DNA from: Corallococcus sp. AB045
GTDB taxonomy: Bacteria > Myxococcota > Myxococcia > Myxococcales > Myxococcaceae
Direction: 5' to 3'
Assembly (NCBI RefSeq): GCF_003668895.1
Contig: NZ_RAWN01000061.1
Location: 1 to 48,830, forward strand
Length of the DNA stretch: 48,830 nucleotides
In this document: positions 9,901 to 17,293 of the stretch, piece after piece
How the letters are laid out: every line of letters starts with the position of its first letter
Numbering within the stretch: the first letter of the stretch is position 1
Program-made: the position numbers and the translations under genes
Notes under the pieces: generated by a model
The model's input: only the letters and a program-made list of their open reading frames with translations
Databases searched by the model: none
What the model was told of the DNA's origin: nothing

Positions 9901-11590
9901 GTCCGTGACGGTGGTCTCCGACAACCACCTCTTCGCCTGCGCGGGCCTGCCCACGGCGGGCGAGCCCGGACTGGGCCAGGCGGTGGCCTCCTTCGTGGGC
10001 TCCGGCGAGCTGGTGGTGAAGGGCAACGTCTTCCTGGAGAGCGGCAACACGCTGCCGCAGGCGGTGCTCCACGAGGTGGCCATCGACTGGCGAGGCGAGA
10101 CGGTGGTGCGCGGCAACACCGTGCGCCACGCGGGCGGCGGGGGCGGAGGCGCGGGCGTCCTCGTCGTCACGGACACGCTGCCTCCGGGCCTGGTGGCGAA
10201 GCTGTCGCGCGTGCCCTTCCTCGCCACGGATCCGGTGCCCAAGCCGAGCACGGACGGCCGCGCGGTCCTCGGTAAGCCCGCGCCGTCCGCCGTGGCCACG
10301 CTGGCCTCGGTGCCTCGCGTGGAGGACCTGGTGCAGCTGGGTTCGCTGAAGCAGAAGTTCGCCTCGGGGCCGGTGCTCAACCGCGCGCTCACGGTGACGG
10401 CCGCGGACTTCGCGCCCAGCCTGAGCGCCAGCGCGGCGGCCTCGCGCTACCTCTCGGCGACGACGGCGCTGGTGCAGCCCGCGCTGGTGGACTTCCTCGT
10501 CAAGCCCATCCCCATCCTCCCGAGCCCGGTGGTGAAGGAGAAGAGGGGCGTGCAGGTGGAGGGCAACGACATCACCGCGCGAGGCCCGGCGCTGCTCCTG
10601 CTGGGCAACGGCGGCGCGGTCATCTCCGCCGCCGTGTCCGGCAACGAGCTGCGCAGCGAGGGCGCCGTGGGCGCGGTGTACCTGCGCCGCGCGGACTCCA
10701 CCGTCTTCAGCGGCAACCGGTGCCAGTGCCTGGACGCGGTGAACGTCGTCGTCCTGCGCGTGGAGCGCGCGCCGGTGACCTTCACCGGCAACGTGGTGCT
10801 GGGCGCGGAGACGGTGACGCCGCCCCGCCCGGTGCTGCGCCCCCAGTGGCTGATGCCCTCGGACACGCTCACGCTCCAGATTCCCGTGGGCGGAGGCTCC
10901 ACCCTGGGCGTGCCCCTGGACCAGGAGCTGCTCCTGGGCGGCCTCCAGCGCCGCCGCGACGTGGCGAGCGATGCCTTCTCCACGCTGCTCGCGGAGCTCG
11001 TCACCCAACCCGTTCCCCTCCCGCCCCAGGCCGGGCCGGAGTTCCCCTCCAAGGGCGTGCTGGACCTCCCCACCATGCAAGACGTCCGCTCGAAGCTGCC
11101 CGCGACCATGGACGTGACCATGGCGGCCCGGACGCTCTACGGCATCGCGGTGACGAAGGACGACTCACCCACGAGCGCGCTGCGGGACCTGGTGGACCGC
11201 GTCGCGATGCACGCGGACAGGCCCGAGGACGTGCAGGGCCAGGTGCGCTCCGTGCTGGCCGCGGCGGAGGGCGACCCGAAGAAGGCGCTCCAGTTGGTGG
11301 ACAAGAGCGTGCTCGGCATCGACTCGGCGGCGTCCACGGTGAAGGAGAGCATCCTCAACGTCTCCGTGCTGCACGAGGTGCTGGCGGACTCGTTCTACAC
11401 GGGCGACACCTCCGGCCCCAAGCCGGTGCAGGACGCGGGCATCCGGCCCCTCCCGCCGGAGCCGCCGCCGGATCCGTATGCCCACTCCGTCATCATCCTG
11501 GGCGGCTCGCGCGTGGCCGCCGTCGGCAACGCGACCACCTCCGGCGTGCACGTCCAGGAAGCCGACGCCGTGGTGGAGCTCAACCCGTAG
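3977..11590 (+). CDS. Giant (2537 aa) right-handed parallel beta-helix repeat protein. It is a tail-fibre/adhesin-like baseplate-associated protein with a conserved N-terminal module (YTSRSRFDEARRFSGVYQQMGRMSLDADWNE).
   Basis: ATG 3977 overlaps the stop of the gpI-like gene (ATGA). Many PbH1-type repeats are present (NRIEGDG, IRGNVVRALG, VEDNRFEQV, VRGNRLLQVG, VEGNEVDGV, VEGNDITARG, VSGNELRSEG, FSGNRCQC, FTGNVVLG). The composition is protein-like, whereas the antisense ORF 5360..11080 is Arg/His/Gly-rich junk. Its position after a gpI-like gene mirrors P2 gene order (I then fibre H). Confidence 0.75.
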   Translation: MTVKAYTSRSRFDEARRFSGVYQQMGRMSLDADWNEEVRLRTVDARRRSADVAEGSPDDGFRIVDTYLVDPIRNVLGWTGQGLPADDERTIPRELRLDRYDTETLPFVVRSRGHVALRRTLPAPLDLTAVPRSDGTAFTASALVISLRFERPPTDDEFIDLQVVVADTEGNETVLSAGLGQRPTGWNDVRFPVAAFASVDPAKLSSWGVLGLPPVARTWVAALRVEDAALGADIIIRGGDGTLPGAGRMLLDGVRVFLEQDLRYSAQPDLPEAPPLAALPTDGSRHHFFFLDCWEQTTTQYDDAFLEEPALDGQDTTVRLRLVTQVRALQGLAATDAEDLPTPTSGARLTTNIPKGALPDRFPPEPLDPCRDRCLSTENASTGEGYTGSDNLHFRVEFFRGGAQPVVLWSRDNGSMVLPLTAAAAADAMTLQVSPASAAKLRAGDLVVIEDSVTRLQPEGPSLPVLRRLRGVQADTGTLELADASAVLTTDPVPLPVGGTLGRAFSPEQGAVVRRWDGGDLLVPGVRYRFDDGITLAFANTEGRATEYWSFTVRVRAADGAARGEVEQLTDAPVHGPVHHCVPLARVTGGATRSFEDLRPRYLPLAQVRDRLVELSERVIGPGVFTVVVGDGVRSFGDVDQDLLEGITGDEALQAAVDSMGGQGGSIFVRAGRYKLEHPVLLRNLSSVHLLGDGEATELRTQGSGGAFFVDRCGLEGDLRIEDFKLVEAPFEDVVIGGGLQPVVKAVKASVALTNGQRFVPLAEVDDDRVLEEDDVKHPSAEADFVDVVVDRIKAIVPGQGRAAGSVVATLVQLRKLQRQHPGQPLEDVPEAKPLLDALAALPHGVVTLADSSGVTLRRCHIQANQAGSEATGVLVTGTCERIVIDENRVGAATGIAVAPYAPYLAERFLASFPRAGLFVDALAITNNRLEPLGDATTGIHVADGLLAGVEVRGNRIQGFLVGILVQDLAEGGLAGPVDRVVVAENQILGSAAVGIQVAGDGVDIVGNEIRNAVSDSLFQVGIQLAGRALRVRESWISLPAVPAASVLGVVAGIVVGDGLDDGASNGRPASDVEVVDNRIEGDGESTPGFGILLGGPQPVFDVRIRGNVVRALGDSAVRTWGTGGAVGRLRVEDNRFEQVALADVPSQEDNTLALSRLDPGLEAVLSADAKARPRPLVEALLANATTRVRAPLDAALRWLERLTLRGAVVLSGVDEAQVRGNRLLQVGRTEAYGAPGLPDAEVRAAGIAVVSGSGITVEGNEVDGVHAPVTTTQPPPVPGPVKLPPITVVLQQLSVTSTTVRPERADVHGAVVGMYGTLLQYTGANVDGRQKIGRGLYGPLDTLVVELEDLGTVPDSVLNALVTDVADLRTAQGFNDHTQTSHAVRSSLARASSFTAPEPVSQEAWDMVAQFDLATVSGKDAVASTADRIKGAFDSLVQGLPSDTQDFLLKALARVQGGPGDLAAIVMLAGALSQVALLREAQAQRARQPVIGQAVGPKKTIIGTFAQAALQQLPLQPGTRGATANTDVLVQLRTSKDALTDQLQELHPALASQVEADYRDVERTGGQLQPVVDRMRATLQQVLDFTTGVLPSSDVTPEDGARVAAQGLTATIGLYATNLDRQAAGLVTESDDTVEKQLRAFGTAVGQLGELVSGDAELSALSLQAHQAVINAIAQPQNRLEQVSIARGLLDRIRVQTLDVLPVPTPLPPVPVQAEPLERWVSALGALVLAVRGMAPGPVLSGSLQLYLSQYDRVLDIAGVQGKLRTLALQRVNDAITALTSGNGDVPARQALHLLVDEPATTAAEAVARSSAVTAELDAAAVLLRAVEQALDPAEDDASRVARLQEYLRQRADKVSASLVAVVTGMQALDAILDMLRKSLEQLARGEAPDPGDLVDPVFDTFPSPADGLFVSGVQGRVRLADNTVRDTATGITALGAAGHLLTEAPTDPGSLLDVDGNRLEGCAVAGLRLLPDLSVTVVSDNHLFACAGLPTAGEPGLGQAVASFVGSGELVVKGNVFLESGNTLPQAVLHEVAIDWRGETVVRGNTVRHAGGGGGGAGVLVVTDTLPPGLVAKLSRVPFLATDPVPKPSTDGRAVLGKPAPSAVATLASVPRVEDLVQLGSLKQKFASGPVLNRALTVTAADFAPSLSASAAASRYLSATTALVQPALVDFLVKPIPILPSPVVKEKRGVQVEGNDITARGPALLLLGNGGAVISAAVSGNELRSEGAVGAVYLRRADSTVFSGNRCQCLDAVNVVVLRVERAPVTFTGNVVLGAETVTPPRPVLRPQWLMPSDTLTLQIPVGGGSTLGVPLDQELLLGGLQRRRDVASDAFSTLLAELVTQPVPLPPQAGPEFPSKGVLDLPTMQDVRSKLPATMDVTMAARTLYGIAVTKDDSPTSALRDLVDRVAMHADRPEDVQGQVRSVLAAAEGDPKKALQLVDKSVLGIDSAASTVKESILNVSVLHEVLADSFYTGDTSGPKPVQDAGIRPLPPEPPPDPYAHSVIILGGSRVAAVGNATTSGVHVQEADAVVELNP

Positions 11591-11621
11591 CGCTGGAAGC
11601 CCCTTTCGCGAGGACACCCCC

Positions 11622-11963
11622 ATGCCCGACCCCTTCGCCCTCAGTGGCCGCGTCGCCCTCCAGCGCACAGCGCTGCCCGAAGTCACGCTCTCCGCCACGC
11701 CGGACGCGCCCGACGCGAAGGCCGCGGCGCTGGAGAACCTGTCCGGCACGCGCGCGAAGCTGGACCTGGACACCACGGTGCTCCGAGCGCTGGACGTGCG
11801 CATCTCCCGCCTGCCGCCGGTGCCCGCGGTGCCCGTGACGCTCCAGGACCTGGTGCGCGCCGCGCGCCGCAGGCTCGCCTCCGAGCGCCAGCGCGACGTG
11901 GGCGTCTGGGTGGACACGCGCGTGAAGCTGGCCACGCGGCTGGTGCAGAAGCTGGAGGAGTGA
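11622..11963 (+). CDS. Hypothetical protein (113 aa), upstream of the spike gene.
   Basis: ATG at 11622 lies 32 nt after the fibre gene stop. The six-frame ORF 11478..11963 extends upstream but would overlap the fibre gene. No recognisable domain. Confidence 0.5.
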   Translation: MPDPFALSGRVALQRTALPEVTLSATPDAPDAKAAALENLSGTRAKLDLDTTVLRALDVRISRLPPVPAVPVTLQDLVRAARRRLASERQRDVGVWVDTRVKLATRLVQKLEE

Positions 11964-12172
11964 TGCGCAAGCTGCTCGAAGCCAGCATGGGGCAGCGCTG
12001 CTACCTCTTCACCACGCTGGGCCAGGTGTACGTGGGCCTGGTGGTGGAGCTCATCGACGACGTCGTCCACCTCACCGGGCCGGATGGCGCCACACCCGTC
12101 TACATCAACCTGTCGGACGTCTCTGGCGTGCGCCAGTACGACGAGGACGACGACCTGGGGAGCGCGCGATGA
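11963..12172 (+). CDS. Small hypothetical protein (69 aa), acidic C-terminus, immediately preceding the spike gene. No PAAR motif.
   Basis: ATG 11963 has GGAGG 4 nt upstream and overlaps the previous stop (TGATG). An alternative GTG start lies at 11960. The stop overlaps the spike start (ATGA at 12169-12172). Confidence 0.5.
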   Translation: MRKLLEASMGQRCYLFTTLGQVYVGLVVELIDDVVHLTGPDGATPVYINLSDVSGVRQYDEDDDLGSAR

Positions 12173-13356
12173 TCGAACAACTGCTGCAGCAGCTCATCGA
12201 ACGCACAGAGAGCCGCTACTTCGGCAAGTACCGGGGCTACGTGACGAACGTCTCGGATCCCCTCAACCTGGGGCGCATCCAGTGCGTGGTGCCGCGCCTG
12301 ATGGGAGACGTGGCCACGGGCTGGGCCATGCCGTGCACGCCGTACGCGGGGCCGGATCAGGGTCTCTTCGTGGTGCCGGACGTGGGCGCGGGTGTCTGGG
12401 TGGAGTTCGAGGGCGGAGACCTGACCCAGCCCATCTGGAGCGGCATGTGGTGGGGGCAGCCCGCGCTCGCGGACCTGGGCCAGCCGGACTCCACCGCGCG
12501 CGTGGCCCCGGACGTCAGTGAGATTCCCAAGCACGACTATCCGCCCCAGTCCGCGGTGCCGGGCGTGCGGATGCTCAAGTCCGCCACGGGCCACTACATC
12601 GTCCTGGACGACCGGCCGGAGACAGCACGCGTGGAGATCCACGACCGGCAGGGCAACCGCGTCATCCTGTCCGCGGAAGGCCTGGACCGGCTCATCAGCA
12701 ACGAGCGCACGGTGAACGAGGGCAACCGCTCCGCGGAGGTGGACGGCGACGACCACCTGGAGGTGGCGGGCAACCAGGACGAGACGGTGGACGGCAGCCA
12801 CACCCGCGACGTGGGCGGGGACGTGTCGCTGCACGTGACGGGGTCGCTGACGGAGAAGGTGGACGTGGCGGGCTACTCGCGCACGGTGGGCGGCAGTGGC
12901 CTGAAGGAGATCGTCGGCGGTCCGCGTGAGGACCGCATCCAGGGCAGCCACACGCGCATCGTCTCCGGCGCGTCGCAGGAGACGGCGGTAGGGGGCTTTG
13001 GCGTCACGTCCGGGGGCAACATGAACCTGGCAGCGGGCAAGGCGGTGAAGGTGGCCGCGGCGATGCCGGACCTGCCGGGACCGTCGCTCAACGCCGTCTC
13101 CATTGACGCGCTGGCGGGCAACGTGTCCATCAACACGATGCTGGGCGTGTGCCAGGTGGGAGGCCTCTCCGCCATCTCGCCCATGGTGCTGGGGGACGGG
13201 CTGGCCATCCACTTCACGATGCTGGCGCAGATCCTCAAGGCGGTGAACCCGCTGACGGTGGCCGCGTACGGGCCGCTCCTGGATGTCTGGGCGGCGATGA
13301 CGCCGATGCTGGACTGGTCCTACTTCGGCTTCGTCAAGCGCATGCCGGTGGGGTGA
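12169..13356 (+). CDS. Baseplate central spike/hub protein, phage gpV / gp5 / VgrG-like. It has an N-terminal OB-fold and a beta-helical repeat region.
   Basis: N-terminus GYVTNVSDPLNLGRIQCVVPRLMGDVATGWAMPCTPYAGPDQGLFVVPDVGAGVWVEFEGGDLTQPIWSG is the classic Phage_base_V/gp5 OB-fold signature. It is followed by short VxGxxxxxV-type repeats. 395 aa. Confidence 0.8.
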   Translation: MIEQLLQQLIERTESRYFGKYRGYVTNVSDPLNLGRIQCVVPRLMGDVATGWAMPCTPYAGPDQGLFVVPDVGAGVWVEFEGGDLTQPIWSGMWWGQPALADLGQPDSTARVAPDVSEIPKHDYPPQSAVPGVRMLKSATGHYIVLDDRPETARVEIHDRQGNRVILSAEGLDRLISNERTVNEGNRSAEVDGDDHLEVAGNQDETVDGSHTRDVGGDVSLHVTGSLTEKVDVAGYSRTVGGSGLKEIVGGPREDRIQGSHTRIVSGASQETAVGGFGVTSGGNMNLAAGKAVKVAAAMPDLPGPSLNAVSIDALAGNVSINTMLGVCQVGGLSAISPMVLGDGLAIHFTMLAQILKAVNPLTVAAYGPLLDVWAAMTPMLDWSYFGFVKRMPVG

Positions 13357-13360
13357 CGCG

Positions 13361-13555
13361 ATGAAGGAGCCCGGCTGGAAGCCACTGGAAGCTTCGGTGC
13401 TGCGCGAGCGGCTGGAAGAGGTGAAGGCCTTGCTGCTCCAGGCGGCGGCGGTGGGCGTGGCCCAGGACGCCGAGCGGCTGGAGAAGCTGATGGAGCTGGA
13501 ACAACGCACCCGGGAGGACGCGCGTGGCCGAGTTCAACGACGCCGCTATCGCTGA
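13361..13555 (+). CDS. Small charged helical/coiled-coil protein (64 aa).
   Basis: ATG 13361 lies 5 nt after the spike stop. It overlaps the next gene by 32 nt in another frame. The composition is coiled-coil-like (LRERLEEVKALLLQ...ERLEKLMELEQRTRE). Confidence 0.4.
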   Translation: MKEPGWKPLEASVLRERLEEVKALLLQAAAVGVAQDAERLEKLMELEQRTREDARGRVQRRRYR

Positions 13556-15134
13556 GCTCCACGGCGCGCTGGAGGTCTGCTGCGAGGAGCTGGCGAAGGC
13601 GCTGGAGGATGCGGAAGGCACGGACACCACCGGCGCTGACGCCGGGGCCGGGCCTGCGTGGCGGCCGCTGCTGATCGGCGTGCCGCCGGGGCTGGAGCAG
13701 CTGGTGGGCATCGTCAAGCCGCCGCTGCAGATCATCATCGCGGTGCTCCAGTTCGTGCAGGCGCTGCTCCAGGCGCTGGCGGCCATCCTCCTGGGGCTGC
13801 CGGATCCGTTCCGGGCGCTCATCCTCGCGGCCTACGAACTGCTCAAGGACATCATCAACGACCTGCTCAACGCGGGTGCGTACCTCTACGCGGACGCGCC
13901 GGGCATCAGTCCCACGGAGACGAACCTGGCGGAGACGGGCTTCATCCCGAACATCCCCAAGGACTTCAAGGCGGGCTTCGCGCTGGAGCGCCCGCCGGTG
14001 ACGCCGGATGGCTTCGCGCGCTGGGCGGGGCGGTTCGTCGCGTCCTTCGATGATCCGGGGGACGACTCGCGCCCGACGGTGACGGATGGCGCGCCGGTGC
14101 AGGCGGTGTTCATCGTGATGGCGGCGCCGTCGCTGGATGCGCTCCGGCAGGCGCTGTACCTGCTGGGCAAGCTGCTCAACATCAGCGCGTTCAAGAAGGC
14201 GTTCGAGAAGTACCCCAAGGGCGCGTTGGATCCGCGCCGCAGCCGGGCGCGTGGCCGGCCGGTGAAGCCGGATTGGAAGTCCGCGCGCATGCGCGACCTG
14301 TTCCCGGACCTGGAGAAGCTGCTCATCCTCCCGGAGGCGCTCAGGGCGCTGCTCCTGTCGGTGGACAACCTGGCGACGCTCCTGCGGAGCCTCGCCGCCG
14401 CGATGCAGGACAAGGTGCAGGTGTTGATGAAGCTGGCGCAGGCGGTGCAAGCCATCATCGACCTGCTGAACGCGCTCAAGTCCGCGGGCATGTACGCGCT
14501 GCCGGTGTCCACGACGGGCGGCGTGGCGGGGTTGAAGCAGGCCTTCCTCACTGCGACGAACCGGCCGCCGGGCGGCTACGTGGGAGGCATCTGCCTGCTG
14601 GCGGCGGGGCCCAACCTGGCGAAGGCCGCGATGCTCTGGGAGCTGCTGGGCCTGTCCGCCGCGATGGAGCTGGCGTCGGGAGACCTCACGCTCCAGGACG
14701 TGAAGAAGGCCCTGGAGGAGAGCCAGGCGGCGCAGGTGCTGGAGGCGAACACGGACGAGGTGAAGGACGCCTGGGGCAACCTGAAGACGACGGCCCAGAA
14801 GCAGGCGGACAAGTTCGTGAACGCGGTGGAGAAGGCGCCTGAGAGGTTCGTGAAGGCGGTGGGGCGCACGCCAGATGAACTGAAGGCCGCCGCCGAGCGA
14901 GGCCGCTCCACGCTGGTGGAGGTGCTGGACCAGTCGAAGGAGCACGTGGAGGAACAGAAGGAGATCCTGGAGGGCATGCTGTCCACGAAGCACTCCCAGC
15001 GTCGGGGAGGGCGTTCGCTGGCGATCGGCTTCGGAGGTCCCGGCGCGTCCGAGCGCCCGCCGAGTCCGCAGCCCCCCGCGGCTGACACGTCCACGCCGAC
15101 ACCGACCCCGCCGAAGAAGGGAAGCGGCCCGTGA
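13524..15134 (+). CDS. Hypothetical predominantly alpha-helical protein (536 aa). A tape-measure/assembly-like role is speculative.
   Basis: GTG start 13524 with GGGAGGA 8 nt upstream. It is Leu/Ala-rich and helical with a C-terminal Pro/Thr-rich tail. The stop overlaps the next start (GTGA). Confidence 0.6.
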   Translation: MAEFNDAAIAELHGALEVCCEELAKALEDAEGTDTTGADAGAGPAWRPLLIGVPPGLEQLVGIVKPPLQIIIAVLQFVQALLQALAAILLGLPDPFRALILAAYELLKDIINDLLNAGAYLYADAPGISPTETNLAETGFIPNIPKDFKAGFALERPPVTPDGFARWAGRFVASFDDPGDDSRPTVTDGAPVQAVFIVMAAPSLDALRQALYLLGKLLNISAFKKAFEKYPKGALDPRRSRARGRPVKPDWKSARMRDLFPDLEKLLILPEALRALLLSVDNLATLLRSLAAAMQDKVQVLMKLAQAVQAIIDLLNALKSAGMYALPVSTTGGVAGLKQAFLTATNRPPGGYVGGICLLAAGPNLAKAAMLWELLGLSAAMELASGDLTLQDVKKALEESQAAQVLEANTDEVKDAWGNLKTTAQKQADKFVNAVEKAPERFVKAVGRTPDELKAAAERGRSTLVEVLDQSKEHVEEQKEILEGMLSTKHSQRRGGRSLAIGFGGPGASERPPSPQPPAADTSTPTPTPPKKGSGP

Positions 15135-17293
15135 GCGCGGTGACACGCCTGAGCATGGAGCTGGACGGCTGGCAGGCGGCCTGGAAGCAGCTGGAGGCGT
15201 TCCTGGACCGCATGGACGGGGTGGCGGAGCAGGACGCGCCGCACGTCCAGACCGTGTGCGCGCTCCTGCCCGTGTTCAATGTCATCGAACGGGCCCGCCG
15301 ACGCGCGGTGGGCATCGCGTTAGCGCCAGCCCTGGCCGCCGCGCCTCGGGGTGAAGGACTGCCGACGGTGTCCGCCGGTTCGCTCGTGGGGAGTGAGAGC
15401 CGGCTGCCGGGAGTGGAGGAGCTGGAGTTCGCGGTGGGCACCATCGGAGCGGATGGAGACGGAAAGCTCACGGGGTCGGCGTTGCTCGCGGGCACGGTGA
15501 CGCTGTTCGCGTTCCGCGACGAGAAGCACGGCGGCGAAGTGGCGGTGCGCGTGCCCACGTATGACTTCGGGCCCCTGTCGGAGAGCGGCAGCGTGGAGGA
15601 CGCCATCGACGCGGGGCTCTTCACCACGGGCCAGCGGAAGGACGCGGCGGAGAGCGGAGTCGCGGAGCTGGGGACCTGGACGGGCCTGCGCACCACGAGG
15701 CGTGCGGAGCTGAAGACGACGTCGGAGACGGTGTCCCTGAGCAGCGTGCTGGATGGGTTGAGCGTCTCGTCGGCGTCCAGCGCGTTCGGCCCCGTGGCGT
15801 CAGGCGCCGCGACGCGCCAGGGGGAGTGCCTGGCGGACCGGAACGTGCTGCTCCAGGCGAAGGCCACGTTGGAGGAGCAGGGTGCGGCCCCGGAGCTGAC
15901 GGATGCGCTCCAGCGCGCGGCGGATTCTCTACAGGCGTCGGCAACGGACTACGGAGCGGTGGCCACGGCGCTCCAGCCGCCACGCACGGTGATTGCGTCC
16001 GTGCCGGGGCTGGCGTCGTTGAAGACCACGCTGAGGCGGGCGGATTCACCCGGCATCCCCGGGCAGCTGTCCAACGAGCTGACGACGTTGGACATCGAGG
16101 CGGGGAAGGGAATGGACGAAGCGGTGGCGTCGCGGCTGGCGTATCCGGACGGTTCGTTGCGGATGCTCCGGACGCTGGAGTGGTCGCTGCGCTTCCACTG
16201 GGTGTTCCGTCAGCGATGGTTCGACGCACGCAACCGGGCCGCGCTGGCACCGCTGCTGAAGCTCGTGCTCAAGCCGTTCTGCGACAGCCTGACGCGGCTG
16301 CTCGCGGGACAGTCCACGGGAATCCCGCTGGTGGGAGCGGTGGCCCTGGTGAAGGACACGCTCACGCAAGCGACGGCGCTGTCAGTGACGCCCACGGTGG
16401 ACCTGGGACAGGTGCAGCCGGGCCACGTGGCGCACGTGGGAGGGGACCGGCCCACGCTGGCGCTCGTGCTGGGCTGGGAGGTGAAAGGGGCCGAGAAGCG
16501 TCTGCGAATCGCACCGCTGAATGTGTCCATCGCGACGGACGCGAAGCTGCCGGGTGTCGCCGGACTGGTGAGGAGTGGCTCGCCCGTGGACGGGAGCGCG
16601 GTGTCGGTGTCGTCACAGGAGCTGATGGACGGGCACGCGGCGGCAGGGCCGCAAGCGGACGGCGTGGTGCAGGAGATCATCGCCCTGGGCGCGAAGCTGA
16701 ACCTGATCCTGGGGCAAGGCGGAGGCGCGCTGGGATTGGTGCCTCCGGCGGTGGCCGCGCCGTATGCAGGCCAGACGTTCCAGTTGCTGCCGCCGGTGGA
16801 GGTGGGAGCGACACGACTGTTCCTGGATGGCATCCCGCTGACGAGTACGTCTGGAACGAGCAAGCCGGTGCAGGTGGCGAGGCCGGGGGAACTGCTGCTC
16901 GTGCGCGGAGCGGACGACGAAGGCACCTGGTGGCAGGGCGTGGCCACCGTGGACACGGTGGACGTGCGCACAGGCGCGGCGGCCCGAGCGGACGACGAGG
17001 TAACGGCGACGCCCACGCCACTGTGCTGCGAGGACGACGAGGAGGTCGTGGTCATCACGCTGCGCGACCTGCAGCTGCCCAAGGCGCTGGTGCGCGACGT
17101 AACGCTGCGGCGCGACTTCAAGGGCTTCGGAGGCCCGAGCCTCGCCACGGGAGTGATGCTCCCCATCGAGCTGGACTCAGGCACGGCGAACCTCACGGTG
17201 CAGGACGGCGGCGTGACGAAGACGGTGCTGAGGGACCCGGAGTTGAGGGCCGCGACCACGGTCCTCAAGTCCTGGCTGGGAGTGCCGACATGA
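15131..17293 (+). CDS. Hypothetical protein (720 aa), co-operonic with the baseplate genes.
   Basis: GTG 15131 overlaps the previous stop. The composition is protein-like and the antisense frames are junk. The stop overlaps the next start (ATGA at 17290-17293). Confidence 0.6.
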   Translation: MSAVTRLSMELDGWQAAWKQLEAFLDRMDGVAEQDAPHVQTVCALLPVFNVIERARRRAVGIALAPALAAAPRGEGLPTVSAGSLVGSESRLPGVEELEFAVGTIGADGDGKLTGSALLAGTVTLFAFRDEKHGGEVAVRVPTYDFGPLSESGSVEDAIDAGLFTTGQRKDAAESGVAELGTWTGLRTTRRAELKTTSETVSLSSVLDGLSVSSASSAFGPVASGAATRQGECLADRNVLLQAKATLEEQGAAPELTDALQRAADSLQASATDYGAVATALQPPRTVIASVPGLASLKTTLRRADSPGIPGQLSNELTTLDIEAGKGMDEAVASRLAYPDGSLRMLRTLEWSLRFHWVFRQRWFDARNRAALAPLLKLVLKPFCDSLTRLLAGQSTGIPLVGAVALVKDTLTQATALSVTPTVDLGQVQPGHVAHVGGDRPTLALVLGWEVKGAEKRLRIAPLNVSIATDAKLPGVAGLVRSGSPVDGSAVSVSSQELMDGHAAAGPQADGVVQEIIALGAKLNLILGQGGGALGLVPPAVAAPYAGQTFQLLPPVEVGATRLFLDGIPLTSTSGTSKPVQVARPGELLLVRGADDEGTWWQGVATVDTVDVRTGAAARADDEVTATPTPLCCEDDEEVVVITLRDLQLPKALVRDVTLRRDFKGFGGPSLATGVMLPIELDSGTANLTVQDGGVTKTVLRDPELRAATTVLKSWLGVPT

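Noticed and set aside
5360-11080. Long antisense ORFs opposite the giant beta-helix gene: the 1906-aa minus-strand ORF, plus 654..2174 and 3782..4837.
   Set aside because: Translations are Arg/His/Gly/Leu-rich with no motifs. In ~70% GC DNA, stop codons are rare in the antisense frame of a real gene. The plus-strand product has coherent repeats and domains.
13361-13555. Programmed frameshift between the 64-aa ORF and the downstream helical gene (32-nt overlap), analogous to the tail chaperone G/GT or E/E' frameshifts.
   Set aside because: No slippery heptamer (X XXY YYZ) in the overlap cgagttcaacgacgccgctatcgctga. The downstream gene has its own GTG with a GGGAGGA SD. Treated as ordinary overlapping genes.
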